Assembly: GCA_036172245.1 (NCBI GenBank)
Contig: JAYWIR010000008.1
Location: 2,666,001 to 2,730,000, forward strand
DNA: 64,000 bases
Origin: Raillietiella orientalis
Lineage: Eukaryota
Direction of reading: 5' to 3'
Part shown: piece by piece, positions 1-12,753 of the stretch
Position numbering within the stretch: the stretch's first letter is position 1
Layout: each line of letters begins with the position of its first letter
Translations under genes and position numbers: made by a program
The notes under the pieces: model-generated
Told to the model about the DNA's origin: nothing
Databases searched by the model: none
Seen by the model: the letters and a program-made list of their open reading frames with translations, nothing else

Positions 1-1077
1 AAGAGACGGGTGAGCCCAGAGTCATGGAGGAGGGTGGTAGAACGGCAGAGGGGATGCGGGGCGATCCCAAAGAGCAGCTCGGGGCTCCCAGGGGAATGAA
101 GTGGCTCCGGACGGAAGGGCGCGGGAGGCGCGACGAAGAGAAAGTCCCACGCATTTTCGCCTGCCATTGGGGGATGGGAAGAGGGGCGGGAGGCGCCATT
201 TCGACGTCGCCCCCAGGAGAGAGGAGAAGGTGATGGGGGGGGGAGGAGGCAGCAGCGCTGCCTCCTCCCTGGTCCCTCGCGGTCACCCCAGCGGTGGCAG
301 ACGCCGGAGACAGTCGAGGGGAGGTCTCGACGCTGCGTCCCACCCACGTCCACGGGGCACTCCGGGGTCAACGGGAGCTTTCTTTCCAAAGCTCTCCTCC
401 ATCGGAGCTGCTCGCCGCCGGCCGAGCGGGCGCAAGGCCGGCCGCTGTTCCCCTTCGGGGCGTTTCGCCCGACCACCCATGGCCGCCCGCTCCGGCCGGG
501 TAACGGCTCAGGAGGGCGGGGGAAGGGGGCAAAGGAGGTTCCGATGACCTACGTGATCGGAGGGTCGTGTCGGTCGCTCCCTCGGGAGAACCATCCGGGG
601 CCCGCGGGCTGGCCCCCATTCAGGCTTGGCGTGCGCCCCTCCCTAAAGAGGAGAGGGAGGGCGCGAGGTAAAGAGAAAGGGGAAAGGGGCGCGATTGCCC
701 TTCCTTGCTCCATGCCCGCCATCACCAGCCCGCGGCCGTTCTCTCTCCCTCGCCTTCCCTGGCTCGTCTGCTGCCCTCTGCGTCCCTGCAGGAGGCGAGG
801 TGAGAGGAGGCTTTCTGCAGGGGAGGCGCCGAAGGGAACATCCCCGCGCCAGGCGCCCTTTACGGCCTCCCGGTCTCTGCCTCTTCCGGCGGGCCAGCCC
901 CCGAGGACGTCGGCATCGGCGGTCCGCCTGCGCCCGGGTGGCGCGGACTCTGCGCGTCCCGAGAGCGGATTGTCCGGAAGTCACCCCGGAGGTTAGCAGC
1001 GGCGAGCGGGGCGCCTGAGCGCGGGGGCGAGGTGCGTGGATTTGGCCCGACCTCTCCCCATCGCCTCCTCGCCACAG

Positions 1078-4000
1078 GCGTCTCGCTTGGCTCTTCGTGG
1101 TGGTGGCCTGCTACTCGGTGCTCTTCGTGCTCATCACCGAGCGGGTGCACAAGTACGCGTCTTCGCCGCTCAGCATCCGACGGAAGAGCGTCCGCAGCGC
1201 CTCCTTGCCCTTCCCGAAGGTGCTCGTCTGCCCCTTCAGGAGCGCGTAAGTGCCTCTCACCCGCGGGGGCGCGCGCCCGACCCCACTGTCCGCTCTAGGG
1301 ATCCGGGCTACAGGAGTTATCACCTGAACCACTCCATGCTGGCGTACCTGTGGACTTTGTCATACCCGGGAAAGAGGCCGCCCCTACTAGTGGCCGACGA
1401 GGAGGACCTCCTGCTGCCGCCCCAGGATGAGAGCCGCAGCGGGCGCATCGTGGACTTCGATGGCGTCCTGGACCTCCTTCGGGAGGAAATCGAGCCTCCA
1501 GTGCTCGAGAGGCTGGCCAAGCTGGACCTGGAGTCCAGGATCCTCAAGGTGAGCGGCGGTCCCGCGGGGGGCTCCCTTCCTCCGAGAAGGAAGGAAGGGG
1601 GAGGAGGGGCAGAAATGCTGGGAGTCCTCCAGCCGCTCTGCAGCCTCCCCGCGCTGGATCAGGGGAAGATCTTAGCCCCTGGATGTGTTCCAGTGCAAGG
1701 TCAACCAGATCTTCGACTGCGCCCCGGAGTACGTCGTGAAGAGGGAGGTCCACACACCGAACGGGTGGTGCCTGCGGTACGACCTCATTCACCCTGCCTC
1801 CTCCGGTCCGTACCAGGGCCTGAAGATCCTCTTCAGTAAGTCCCCCCCTTCACTCCGGGACCCGTCGTGCTCGCGGGAAAGCGCCGCTGCCGTGATCCGT
1901 GGGGGTCGCTTGCGGTCGCTCACGACGCAGGAGGGGATCCTCGCCCCCTCCTTCCTTCCCCCACCGCCCCGCCAACCAGCTCTGTGCGGAGTGGGAAGCG
2001 TTGCTTTTTTCTTTTTTTTTCCCGTGCGAACGGTATCCTCCGCTTAGGTCTGCGACCAGGAGGCGCTGCGAGTCTTCCCCCCCCCCCTCTTTCCCCTGAC
2101 TTTACATGCCCGAGGCGCGCAACAATGCTGCCGACGACCGGGAGAGAGACGGATTGATAAACGACACTTTGACGTCAGTCCCCGAAGGCTGGGTGAGGAT
2201 CTCGCCGATGTGCCTCCCAGATGGCGGATGTTACCCCTCCCCTCCCTCATCGTGTAGCCTGTCGTTCCCGTGTTTTCCCTTCCCCTTGCAGATGCGTCCC
2301 GCGTCAGCAGGCAGCAGGCGTTCCGGTTCACCGTGCTGCTGCAGAGGGCGCACCAGAGCCCCGACGTGGACACCTTCATCAACGGGATGGAAGGGATGGA
2401 CGGATGGCACAAGAACATCATCCTCAGTCTGACGCAAGTGAGGGGGCGCACGTGTGCGCGTGGAGGGGGCGGCAGCCTCTTGCCGCTCCGGGAGTCCTCC
2501 GGGGAGGGGGCGCGCGCGAGAGAGAGTTCGCTTGTCCCTCTTCCAGTTCACCGTCCTCAACCTCAGCTGGAAGCCCTGCGACAACGACGAGATCCACTAT
2601 TCGAAGGCGTGCCACGCGCGTTGCCTGGAGACGGCCTTCACGCAGAAGTACCGCTGCAGGTGCGCCGCGCAGCGGGCGAGGAGCCCTTCACGACTCCTTC
2701 CCTCTCGCAAGGCTGACCTTCATGGAAGGCGTGCAGCTGCCCGTCTGCAAGGGGTCGGAGTACGTGGCCGCCGAGGTGGAGCTTTTGCGCTGGCTGTCGG
2801 GTCACCGCCACTTCGACTGCACCTGCACGCAACCCTGCAAGCTGCTGCGCTACGATCTGCAGATGGACTCGGCCGATATCGCCGCAGGCACCTCCTCCTT
2901 TCACGTGAGTCGCCCTCGCCCGCCTGGGGTCAGCTCCCCTCCGCTGACCAGAGCACGGAAGGGGGGAGACGGAGGCGTCCCCCCCCCCTCCCCGGTCGAG
3001 CGGCGTGCTCGCCGATCCGACCCCGACCTCGCTTCTCAGTCCGACGCCGAGGATGGGGGGAGATGATCACGTGGTTTGCACGCGCCGGGGTCGGGCAGCG
3101 GCGCTTCCTTTTTCCTTCGCTCTTGCGGGGACACCAAGGGCGCGCATGCCCACTCCGTCCGCTCCGCAGAGGGAGGGAAGGGCGCCATCCCGCCACTCTC
3201 CTTGCCGATATCTCCGGTTGGCGGCGGCGGGCCCGGAGGACACGTGGGGGTCCTCGCCTCCCCCTTCCCTGCGGAGGTCCCTATCGCACTCCCGCATTGT
3301 AGGTCTTCTACACCGAGGCCTTCTACGACGACTACGAGGAGATCTTCAGCTACGACATCTACACGCTGCTGTCTGACTTCGGAGGCATCATAGGGCTGCT
3401 GGTGGGTCTCTCTGGTGAGTGGGGGTGCTAGTCGGCCGGGCATATGTTCCCGCGCGCACGTACGACCCCATGCTGCGGCCCCCCAGTCAAGTCAACCGGC
3501 ATGGCCCGTCCCCGCCTCGCCCGTCGCTCCCGGAGACGGGTGAAGCGCACGGGGGAGGGGGGCAGCTCCAGAGGCAACCGGAACCTCCCTGCACCACGGG
3601 ACGTTCCTCACCTTCGCCCGTGGCGAAGGCTCGCTAACGCATCCTCCGGACATCCTCGTGCTCCCGGGATCGCCAAGCGCAGGCGAGGGCCCGGGGCACG
3701 CAGAGTGTCAACCTCCATGGTTAGCCGCTTCACTGAGGGCAGTGTGCCATCGGTAGGAGCGAGCGCAGCGGTCAAGCTGCATGCACGGGTCGGGAGCAGG
3801 TGCGCTCAGGTTGCATGCGTCGTCCGCGACGACGCATGCGTGGTGGCGGCTGCCTTTTTCCCCCATATCCTCGCGTGGAACGCCTCTCCCTGCGAGGGGT
3901 GCGCAGCAGCTTCTTCCGGGTGCTTACCCGCGGCGCGCCGGATGCTGGCGACTGTGACCCGCCGGCGGTTTCGGCACGCCCTAGGAGAACCGATCGTTTG

Positions 4001-5560
4001 GCCGGCGTCCACCTGCGTCTCCAGGCAGGGATCGTCGTTACGTACGTCCCCTCTTCTTTTCTCTTTGCGTCGAGGAAAGGGACCGCGGGTAGCGGCCCTC
4101 TGACCCCGAGGCGTTCTCTGGAGCTCCAAACCCTGCAGGCAGAGTCCACGGTTCGAGCCGAGGAAGTTCCATCGCGAGCGCTCGTTCCCGGCACAGGAGA
4201 GTCCCAACCGGCCGCATCCGCGCTCCCGGGGACGCGCTCGGCGTGGTGGCGCCATAGGCAGCGCGTCCGCATCGGGCGAGACGGAAGCGCTGAGGACGAC
4301 CTCCGGATGAACCGGATGCGAGGCGGATGAACCGCTTCGAGGCAGGACTTCCTCTCGCTCCCTCCCTTCCTCCCCCCCCCCTCCTGCCATCTGGCGAACG
4401 CTCCCGGAAGTTGTCCCGCGCCCCTCGATCTTCGCGCGGGGGAGACCCACCGTCACGTATCCGCACTCTGGAGCAGCAGCCTCGAGGAGGCAATGGCATC
4501 CAGGAAGCCTAGCCAAAGTTCTGCTTCCAAGCCGGTCATTCCAGCCGACGGCCCACGACCATGCTGCCCGAGGCAAGGAGCAAACGTCGGATCGGACAGA
4601 CGGGAGAGGAAAGCGGGAGACGACGAAGGGTTCAGGGACACAGTGGAGTTGGGAGTGCGCGCGCGCATTGCTGCGGCTGGAAATCCGGGTAGGAAGGCGC
4701 AATGACCTTGAGGCGACTCCTAGGAAGAAGAGAAGGAGAAAAGTGGTAAAACTTCTTGGGGAAGCAACAGATGTCTCGCTCGCAGAGCACCGTTTCGCCG
4801 CACCTCCTCGGCTGCCCAGGCCCACCTTGATTCCCTCTCGGAGAACGGGCGGAGATCTTCAGGGCAGCTCCCCTTTCTCATCCCTTCCCGTCTCCACCCC
4901 TTTTTTCGGACGGGGTTCAGAAGCTTCACGGGAGCGGTGAGCAGGAGGGTGAGATCGGCTGCCGAAGGAAGAACCGCTGGCTGAGCCCTGTGGATGAAGC
5001 CGGTGAAGGTTCAGGCAAGGTCATTGCAGAAGAAGGAGGAAAGGAGGAAGAGAAAAAGGAAGAGGAAGAGGAGGAAGAAGTGCGAAGGAGGAGGGAGAGG
5101 AGGAGGAAGTGAAGGGGAGGAAGAGGAAGAGAAGGAGCTTCGAAGAATGAGAAGAGAATGAGAGAATAAGAAAGAGGAAAGGAGGACTAGGAGAAGGAGG
5201 AAGGGAGATTGAAGAGAAAGAGAAGGAGGAAGGTCCCTCTGGGGTCTCACGAAGAGCAGGAGAGAAGGGAGGCGGGCACGAGTCTCTGAGTCAACCAGGG
5301 AACGCTGCCGCCACCGCCGCTTCTGCGCTCTTCGTCTCCTTCCCCCTCCCACCTTCCCGGTCGGTGGCTCGCGACTCGGGGAGCTGGGCTGCGGGACGGG
5401 GAAGGACACGGATGTCCGTCCTCACCGACAAGGGTCTCCTTTCTTTGCAGTGATGTCCCTCGTCAAGATGCTGGAGTACTGCTGGCACCACCTGAGGAAG
5501 AAGCCACGCCCCATCAGACCAGTCACGGTCCACGTGGCTAGGAAGGAGACGACTGTCTGA
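1078..5560 (+). CDS. DEG/ENaC (pickpocket/ASIC-like) amiloride-sensitive channel subunit, 5' end unresolved
   Basis: Phase-consistent GT-AG exons 1078-1245, 1299-1548, 1694-1835, 2292-2437, 2547-2659, 2712-2904, 3303-3414, 5451-5560. They give TM1 (RLAWLFVVVACYSVLFVLI), FPKVLVC, TPNGWCLRY..GLKILF, a Cys-rich thumb (CHARC..C..CTCTQPC) and TM2 LLSDFGGIIGLLVGLS|VMSLVKMLEY with a GxS filter. TGA at 5558-5560. Confidence 0.9.
3700..4500 (-). mobile_element. Decayed non-LTR retrotransposon fragment inside the last DEG/ENaC intron
   Basis: The minus-strand translation HPSQGEAFHARIWG...HLLPTR resembles the post-RT region of RLE-type elements. It is interrupted by stops. Confidence 0.35.
5025..5235 (+). 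repeat. Purine-rich (GAG/GAA) low-complexity tract
   Basis: About 200 nt of almost pure A/G, intronic. Confidence 0.9.
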
Positions 5561-5949
5561 TGGAGACCCTCGTTCCCCAGGCGGCAGGATTTCCAGCGAG
5601 CAGCCCCTCGATCTTCTGGCGCCTCCCAACGGGTGGTCTCTGCCTGTCGACAAGGCTCCCAGCTCAGCAGCGTGCGTGCGCCAACGATAGCAGGCTGGCT
5701 GCAGTTGCCGTCGTCACCTTTGCTGCAGACGTCCGCGCAGCCTGGGAGAGAGGGGAAGACGATCCAGACTCAGCGCGCGCGCGCGCTCTTTTGCTCGTTC
5801 CGCGGTTGTAAAAGGGGAAAAAAAAGTTGCTGTGCCTGCAAACAGATGGCAGCACGCTCCTGGCCTAGAATTCAGTAGAGGATGTGGATGAGCATTTGGG
5901 AAGGGTGCCCCTCCTCCCCACTGCCAGTTCGTATCGGCGTATGGTTTTG

Positions 5950-7300
5950 CGGAGGGTCACTCGACACGTGCCGATCTCGAGGCCTCCCTGAGATGGAGTC
6001 GAAAACTTCCCTTCGATCCGGAGGGAAATACCAGCGTGCAGTGCCTTTTTCCCGTCTGTCGAAGCCCCAGTTGAGCAACGAAGAGATGCGCGACGACGCC
6101 CCCCCCGCTCTCCCGGGAGTGGTCTAGAAGGCGTGCTCTCTCCATGTGCCTTCTCTCGGGCTTCATGTGCCCCTTCAGCTCCAAACGCGGATTCTGCTTA
6201 CTAGCAGTCGACAGCGCATTCCCAGACCATCTCTCTATGATGCCCACGCCACTCCAGGAATCGGACTTTTCGGCACCTTTGGGTGAAGTGGGGACTCTCC
6301 GCCGCTACAGGTCAAACCGGACCGACACTGTTCACTTTGCCTTATCCAGGACTTGCCGTCCTCCACCTTCATTCATCTCTTCTTTTGCTTCTTCTTTTCC
6401 TTTCCTCGTTTAGAGGGCTTCCGGAAACAGACCTATACCCTTGTGAACAAGGGTGGCGGCTTACATCCTCGGAGGGATGCCTGAAACGAGAGGGTGCGAG
6501 GTTGGATTTAAGCCGCAAAAGACAGCACCATCTTGCAAGAGTTCTTGGAACTTTCATCAAGTCGTCGGATCGACTGCCAGATAGCTGTCTTCGACGGTCT
6601 TGCACCCCTTCCACTTATTTCTCTGCTTGTCCACCCCATTCCTCTGCCCAATCTCCCGAGAACAGCACCAGGATGCCCCCCTCTTCCCTTATCAGGCAGG
6701 AAAGGGACGTCGCCGCTCGAAAGTAGGGCAATATCGTCTCCCCTGCCGGACGCTCCGGCAGGGGAGGCGTCCTGCAGGGGCGGCTCCACGTGCCGGCAGA
6801 CCAGCATCGGTGGGTGGGTCAGGCTGGCGCTCACAAGCGGGAGCTCTAGAGGAGCAGATGGAACTCTCTTGTTTGTCGGTTGGCCACTGTTCCATATCTA
6901 TCCTTCGGGGCGCTGTGTTCTTTCCACTTCCTCCTTCGTCCCGAGGGATGGAGGTATGAGCTTGAGCAGTCTGGCCCAATGCCGGTGGGCCGCTCCCTCC
7001 GCTGCTCTCCTCGACGCAGGTGGTCGCCCGTTTCTCTCCGACGCGCACCTTCGGTGGTTGGGGCCGGAGATCCCTTAGTAGTCCTCCGACTCCACCCCGC
7101 ATTCGTGGGATCGGATCGGAGGAACCTTGCGTCCGGGACGCGAGCGACTTCCGGACCCTTCCACGCGCCCGCGCTCCGGAATTGCGCCGCATCTCTCTCC
7201 CCCCCCCCCCGGGGGGGACGGGGAAAGGGAGGTCGATCCCTGTCCCCAAACCCTCCCTCGCTCTGCGGTCCTCCTGGCTGTCTGGAGAGGCGTCAACGCT
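5950..7300 (+). mobile_element. Highly decayed L1/Tx1-like RT fragment
   Basis: Collinear degenerate motifs LLAVDSAFPDH (DxxKAFD-like), RGLPETDLYP (RGVRQGxPLSP-like) and FVPRDGGMSLSSL (GGLGL thumb). Confidence 0.4.
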
Positions 7301-8216
7301 CTGAGCGTCTTCCCGCACCGTTCTCCGAGGAGTGAGTCATTTCCCGATCCTCCGCTAAAAATAGAACGCCGATCGGATTTTTGCACGATCTCTCGCTAAT
7401 TCGAAAATTTGTGACACTCGCATTGTTGTTGCCCGTTTCCGGTTTCCTAGAGCTGAGCTATAAAGTTGTTGTGCGGGTGCGTATCTTAGCAACGTGGATG
7501 GCAGGTGAGAAACGATGCTTTTCTTAAAAGGATTTGTAAAAAAAGAAAAAAAAGAAAAAAAAAAAAACGATTGCGTTTTCCGCATGTGTGTTTTCATTTT
7601 TTTTTTCTTTTTTTCTTTCTTCCTCCCTCCCCTCCCCCCCCCCCCCCCCCCGTCATCCAGAAAATCCATTGCTGTTCAGCTGCTCGTTTTCCAAGAAAAC
7701 AGAGGAGGAAAAGTGGCCATCCTGAGATGGGGTGCGAAAGCCGCGTGCTCTCGGAGAATTCGTTACGTGATCACTCCCCATTCAGGCAATAAATCCCTCC
7801 GCCTTCCGTCCACGCGAAGATCAGTGTGCCGATGGCTGTGATACCTTGCGATAAGACGCATCGCAAGGCTGAGAAACACAAGTCTTCACGAAGGTCAGAT
7901 CATGCTTTTCCCTCTGCTGGAGTGCCGGGATGCTCTCTTTCTTTGCTTTCTGTCGGTCGGCTCTTTCGCACTTTCCTGGCTGCTAGGAGTCGAAAGACCC
8001 GATCCGCTTCCCGAAAAACCTGTGGGGACAGGTTCTTTCCGATCCGGAGCTTGGTCGCATGCGCCTTGGTCATCCGGTGGCCGAATGGCCTTTGGCCCTG
8101 GGGAAGCCACGGGAAACCCCTTAAGACGCATAGGCCCCTCTAAGAAACGCAATTCAGTACAGAGGGCGCTACTTTCTCTTACATTTAAAACTTCAGAATA
8201 GACGGCTCTGCTCTTA

Positions 8217-8258
8217 TTATTATTATCACTATTAGTAGTAGTAGTAGTAGTAGTAGTG
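8217..8258 (+). repeat. (TTA)n/(TAG)n microsatellite
   Basis: ttattattattatcactattagtagtagtagtagtagtagtagt. Confidence 0.9.
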
Positions 8259-9816
8259 GTACGATGATTTCTTTTTGTACGCGAATGCCCTCTGATTTCA
8301 CCTATCGGCTTCGCTTACCTACCCGAGCTGTCAGAGCGGGCGGGGGATGGGCCCAAAGGAAAGTGAACAGAAAAATGAATTTCTTCTGTTGAACGACAGT
8401 TGCATTCGCAAAGCATGGAAACAAGAGAATTACATAGCTTCTTTTTTTAAAAACAAGGAAAAGAGGTTGGAGCGTTCGATAAAAATGCTCGGTGATCAGT
8501 TGTGGCTTCGAAAGAAGGAAAAGAAAAAGAGCCTTTCGAAGGTCTTTTCGAAGGACGCCCGGAAAGCGCCGCAGGCCGCTTGTGGCTCTCGTGCAGAAAA
8601 GTCTTCGGGGGACGCGAACGAGACGGAGGAGCAGTCGTTAAGGATCGGTCACTGTGCGCAGCTGACACGTGCAGAATGCGTACTTTCTTGTTTAGCGTGC
8701 CTTTCGCCTACCCAACGTCATCGGTCGCATGAATTATGGATGCCCTCCCCCGATGCGAGTTTATTGCCGCCGGTCGCTCTCGGATGGAATCCACGCCGAG
8801 CTGGGCGCTCGCTTCCAGGGGTTCCCTGAGGAAGCTCGGAGGTCCTCGTGGGAGGCGAAAGGCCCGAAAGGCGCGAGGACGAGTTTCCAGCCCCCGGCCG
8901 GCACACGGGGAGGTCGCAGACATAAAGTCGTCGTCGCCGTGGCGGCTGACCGGGATCGTGGGAAAGATTCGCCTCGCGTTCCCCCGTCTGCCGGCGCAGG
9001 ACTTTGGGGGGGTTGGGGAGACGACGCCAACGGGAAAGCAAGCAGAGCCGCGGGGCAGATACCCGATTTACCGCCCAGGCGGCCGCCGTCCTAAAACTGC
9101 AGCATCATACCGCAGGCGGTTTGTCGAACCCCTCGACCAGCCACCTCTTTAAGCAGCCTGGACACAGCCGGCTCCCCGGCTATGCCCATATTGAAGCCGA
9201 GCTTAGTGCGGACATCCGATCTACACACAACCGCAACTGAGAGAACCCCTGTCCTCACACCATCCACCGATTCAAACCTCCAAGTGGCTGGATTACAGGA
9301 ACACGCCACTGCTCCCACGCCACCTCGACCGGAAGTCTCCGTGGAGAGTGCGCACGCAAATCGGTTGTGAGCTCCACTGATTGGGAGGCAACGCGGGTGA
9401 AGTTATAAATATGCTCTGATGGTTGCCGAAGAATTCCGAGGGGGATGAAGGATCTGGAGACGTACGGGCTGTCACACGTTCCAAGAATAGTTCTGTGAGG
9501 GACGCTCCGTAGCATGGAAGGTGTTCCGGGTGTATGCGGGTGCGGTGGTGAATCTCAGGTGGAGATCCCTTCCCTCCTTCGAAGGACACGTAGCAAAGGA
9601 GATCTCTTGCCCGCGTTGGAGGCCGTGTGGTTGCAGTCTCCAACGCGAGGACCAACGATGAAGGATTCCCAGGATGAAGCACATTGGACCTCGTAGCAGG
9701 CGAACCTGAGCTATGAGTGCCATCGATGCCTCAGTGCCGAAGACCGAAGGCTCTGGCGCCTGTGGCATTGTAGAAAGAAGAGCAAAAGGAGATTTTCGGC
9801 AGCGCACGCCGTTCTT

Positions 9817-10570
9817 TGCCCGCGTTGGCGGCCGCGTGGCTCGAGGGGTCTCCGCGCATGGCACCGAGCGTCGCGGGTTCGGATCCTGCCCGGGGAAGGA
9901 AGCACTGACGCCGAGAAATGGGGGATGCGCCGTGGGTTTCGATGTCCCCCCCGCAGGGTGACGCTGGCTGGTCTCTTCGGGTGCGGTGGCACTGGTGAAA
10001 GCCTGAAACTCCCGGATGCCCAGTTGACTGGCCAGGATCGGAAGTTGACCCTCCGGGATACTTCCAGAAATCAAGGGTCCTTCCTGTTGTGAAAATATGA
10101 AATCTCCTCCCCCCTCCCTGGGGGAGTGATCCTCTATCTCGTATCATGGGGCTGGTTGCCTCTGCAGAGTGTGAAGACGCGCTGCCTCCTTCCAGGAGCG
10201 CCCTCCAGAGAAAATCTGGAAGCGTCCCTTCGGGATTCTCGTCAAAGGAGGAAACAGGAAGCGAATCCTTTCCAGGGAGTCCCTCCGGAGAAGAAATTCC
10301 AAGAGCGAGTCCTTTCCGGGTTCCTTTAGGAGGAGAAATGAGGAGTTCCTCCCCCTTCCGGGGAGTCCTTTTTTGGAGAGAATAAGGAAGAGGTTCCCTT
10401 CGGGGCTCCCTACCAAGCTTGAGAGGAATAGACTCTTTCCTCCGGAGCCCTCCTGGATTCATAGGGTGGTCTCTTCCCAGGGTGCCTCCTAACTGGAAGA
10501 GTCACACGCACCCTCGGATGAAGTGGATAGAGTCAAAGAGCTTCGCGAACCCCCAGGAGGAACGCTTCTT
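9817..10570 (+). mobile_element. tRNA-headed SINE-like repeat, copy 1 (full length)
   Basis: A-box-like GTGGCTCGAGGGG and B-box GGTTCGGATCC (9876-9886), followed by a body alignable to six other copies that includes the ~40-nt unit array at 10218-10460. Confidence 0.8.
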
Positions 10571-11899
10571 GGAAGACGGGCCGCATGGGATCGCACGTGG
10601 GTCAGGAGTCGGCCGGGTGAACGTTCTCCGTGCCGACCGACCGCCACATGGAGACGCGGTAGTGCGGCGTCCCCGTGCATTCGGCGCGGCAGCGTTGGCG
10701 TATCCAAGAAGACTGTGGGGCTGGTCTCACAGATGCCAGCGCCGGCGGGGAAGGGAAGAAACGGTCCTTCGAGCTCCCGGGGAGGTAGGAGCCTCGGAGA
10801 CCCGCAAGGGAAGCGGCTTGTGATGTCACCGAGGAGCAGGGCCGAAATCGGAGAAGGCCACTTGGAGCCAGCACAATGGTTTCCCATCCTCTCCTCCCGG
10901 CCTTCGAAGAATGTTCCGGAAATATTCGTTTGTTTTTTCTTTCCCCCTCCATGTGGATGTTCATCCTCATGGAGAGATCTAGACAGAGAAATGCAGGTGT
11001 TTTCTTCGTGTGGATGTTCATCCACGTGGAGAGAGAGCAAGGCAGAGGAGAGAAGAGCGAACGCCTCGTCCAGAGGACCGCCGGGACTTGGAGTCCATGC
11101 TCCGAGAAGTATGAGGGGGAGGAAGAAGCTCGACAGGAATGTGGAACGAACTCTTCCTGCATCGGGAGTCCCGTCTGGATGTTCTCTTCTTCCGACAGAT
11201 CGGAGGGACGAGGGGAGGGGAGAGGGGGAGAACCCCAGCGCGCGGGCAAGAGCTGATCACGTAGAGGATTCGCCCGCGCATGCGGGTGGGCCAGCAAAAC
11301 GCAAAGGTAGGTCGTTCCGGCTCCACGAGGCGGGCAGCACTGCTTCGGTCCGTGAAACACCAGGGAGCGCTTCCCAATGGACTCCGTGCGGGTGGAGGGA
11401 GGGAGGGAGGGGGGAGGAGGAGGAGGAAATGCACCTCCTGCTCGGTGGCTACTCGCCCAGCACGGAGGCACTGGGACTCGCGCGGCCTGCTTGCTCGGTG
11501 GGGATTGAAACACCGGAGGGGCACGCGTCGCGTCCCTGCGGCAGAGAAGAATTTTCGCTGCCCATCCGCTGAGATGGTGGCGCACTCAAGCGCGTGTACC
11601 GTGGTTGCGCGAGGAGGAGGAGATGGGGAGAAAGAACCAAGGACGTCCTCTCACCGAAGGGCGGGTGCACCGCAACGACAGCGGGATACGCCTGCCTCTC
11701 CTTTCCTCGTCACTGAGCACGCCCTCCGGCAAAGAACAAATCCTCCGAGGGTTCCCGGAAGCGGGATCCCCGCGAGCACTCCGTTCCTCTCCTCTCGAAG
11801 AGGAGGAAACCGCCCGTCGACGCTCACCCCCACCCCCACGCGTTCCTTCCAAGGGCAGATCGGGAGTGGAGGGAGTCGGCGGGCTAGGAGCAGTGGAGA

Positions 11900-12720
11900 T
11901 GGACCCGGAAGGGCAGTAGCGGCAGGGATAGTCGCCCAGTGCGCCGTTCACTTTGAGGAGCGGCTCGCGAGGCATATGACCCTTCGGCGATCCCTCTGTG
12001 CTTAGGTGACGGGTCAGCAGCGTTCGAAAGAGCCAGTCGAGAGGATCCCCGGAGGATTGGCATGGTGCTGGCATTTCCACTCTTCAGCTTTCGCTCTTTG
12101 CAGGTTGCCACTCCTGCAGAAGGCAGAGCGGACTGCCTTCCCGCGGGAGCCTCAAGTAGACAGGGATTTCTTGTGAAAACCGGCTGATATGACCTCCAGA
12201 GCGTTCCTCCTCCTCCCCAACCTTTTCCGGAATTTTCTGGGTCCGGAGAAGGGCGCGACTCCTCAGACCACTCTTGTCACCCGGAAGCGCTTCCAGGAAG
12301 GAAAGTTTCGGCACTTCGAGGAACCAGGATGCACCTTCCGTGCGCTCGGGGTCTCGGCGCCGCGCGAGCGGAGGGACCGAGGTCTTCCGTTTTCAGCCTC
12401 AGAGCTTCCCGAACCGCAGGCCTCCATCTCCCGGCCCGTCACCGTTGCCCGGGAGTCGAGGAAATTTTTCCACTTCCCGATCCCACGATGAGCGATGGAG
12501 GGAAAGCGCACCTGCAGCAGCCGAGAAGGGATCGGAAGCGCGGGTCTCGCAAGCTTAGAGAGGAATCGCCCAGAACCCGTCCCGAGCTGCTCCGCTTGAC
12601 CTCGGGACAGACGCGAGAGGAGAGGCCTTCCGTGCCCAGGCTGGGCCAAGACCTGGGCACGGAAGGCCTCTCGTTTCCGATCACGTCCGAATTCCAACAG
12701 ACCGCGAGAGGCAGGCGCCT
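11900..12720 (-). mobile_element. Decayed Tx1-like ORF1 (gag-like) fragment
   Basis: Minus-strand remnants KNFLDSRATVTGREME..ENGRPR, EIPVYLRL, GHMPRE and YPCRYCP, resembling an RRM followed by zinc knuckles. Frameshifted. Confidence 0.35.
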
Positions 12721-12753
12721 TCTCTTTGCTCGCCGAGCGAAAACCTCGTTGCC

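Noticed and set aside
2048..2192. Possible extra DEG/ENaC exon (MPEARNNAADD...)
   Set aside because: It has no in-frame AG acceptor, and splicing 1835 directly to 2292 already gives a continuous, motif-consistent frame.
10218..10460. Hairpin unit array read as a CRISPR array
   Set aside because: The units are degenerate along their whole length, with no constant repeat and unique spacer alternation. There are no cas genes and the context is eukaryotic.
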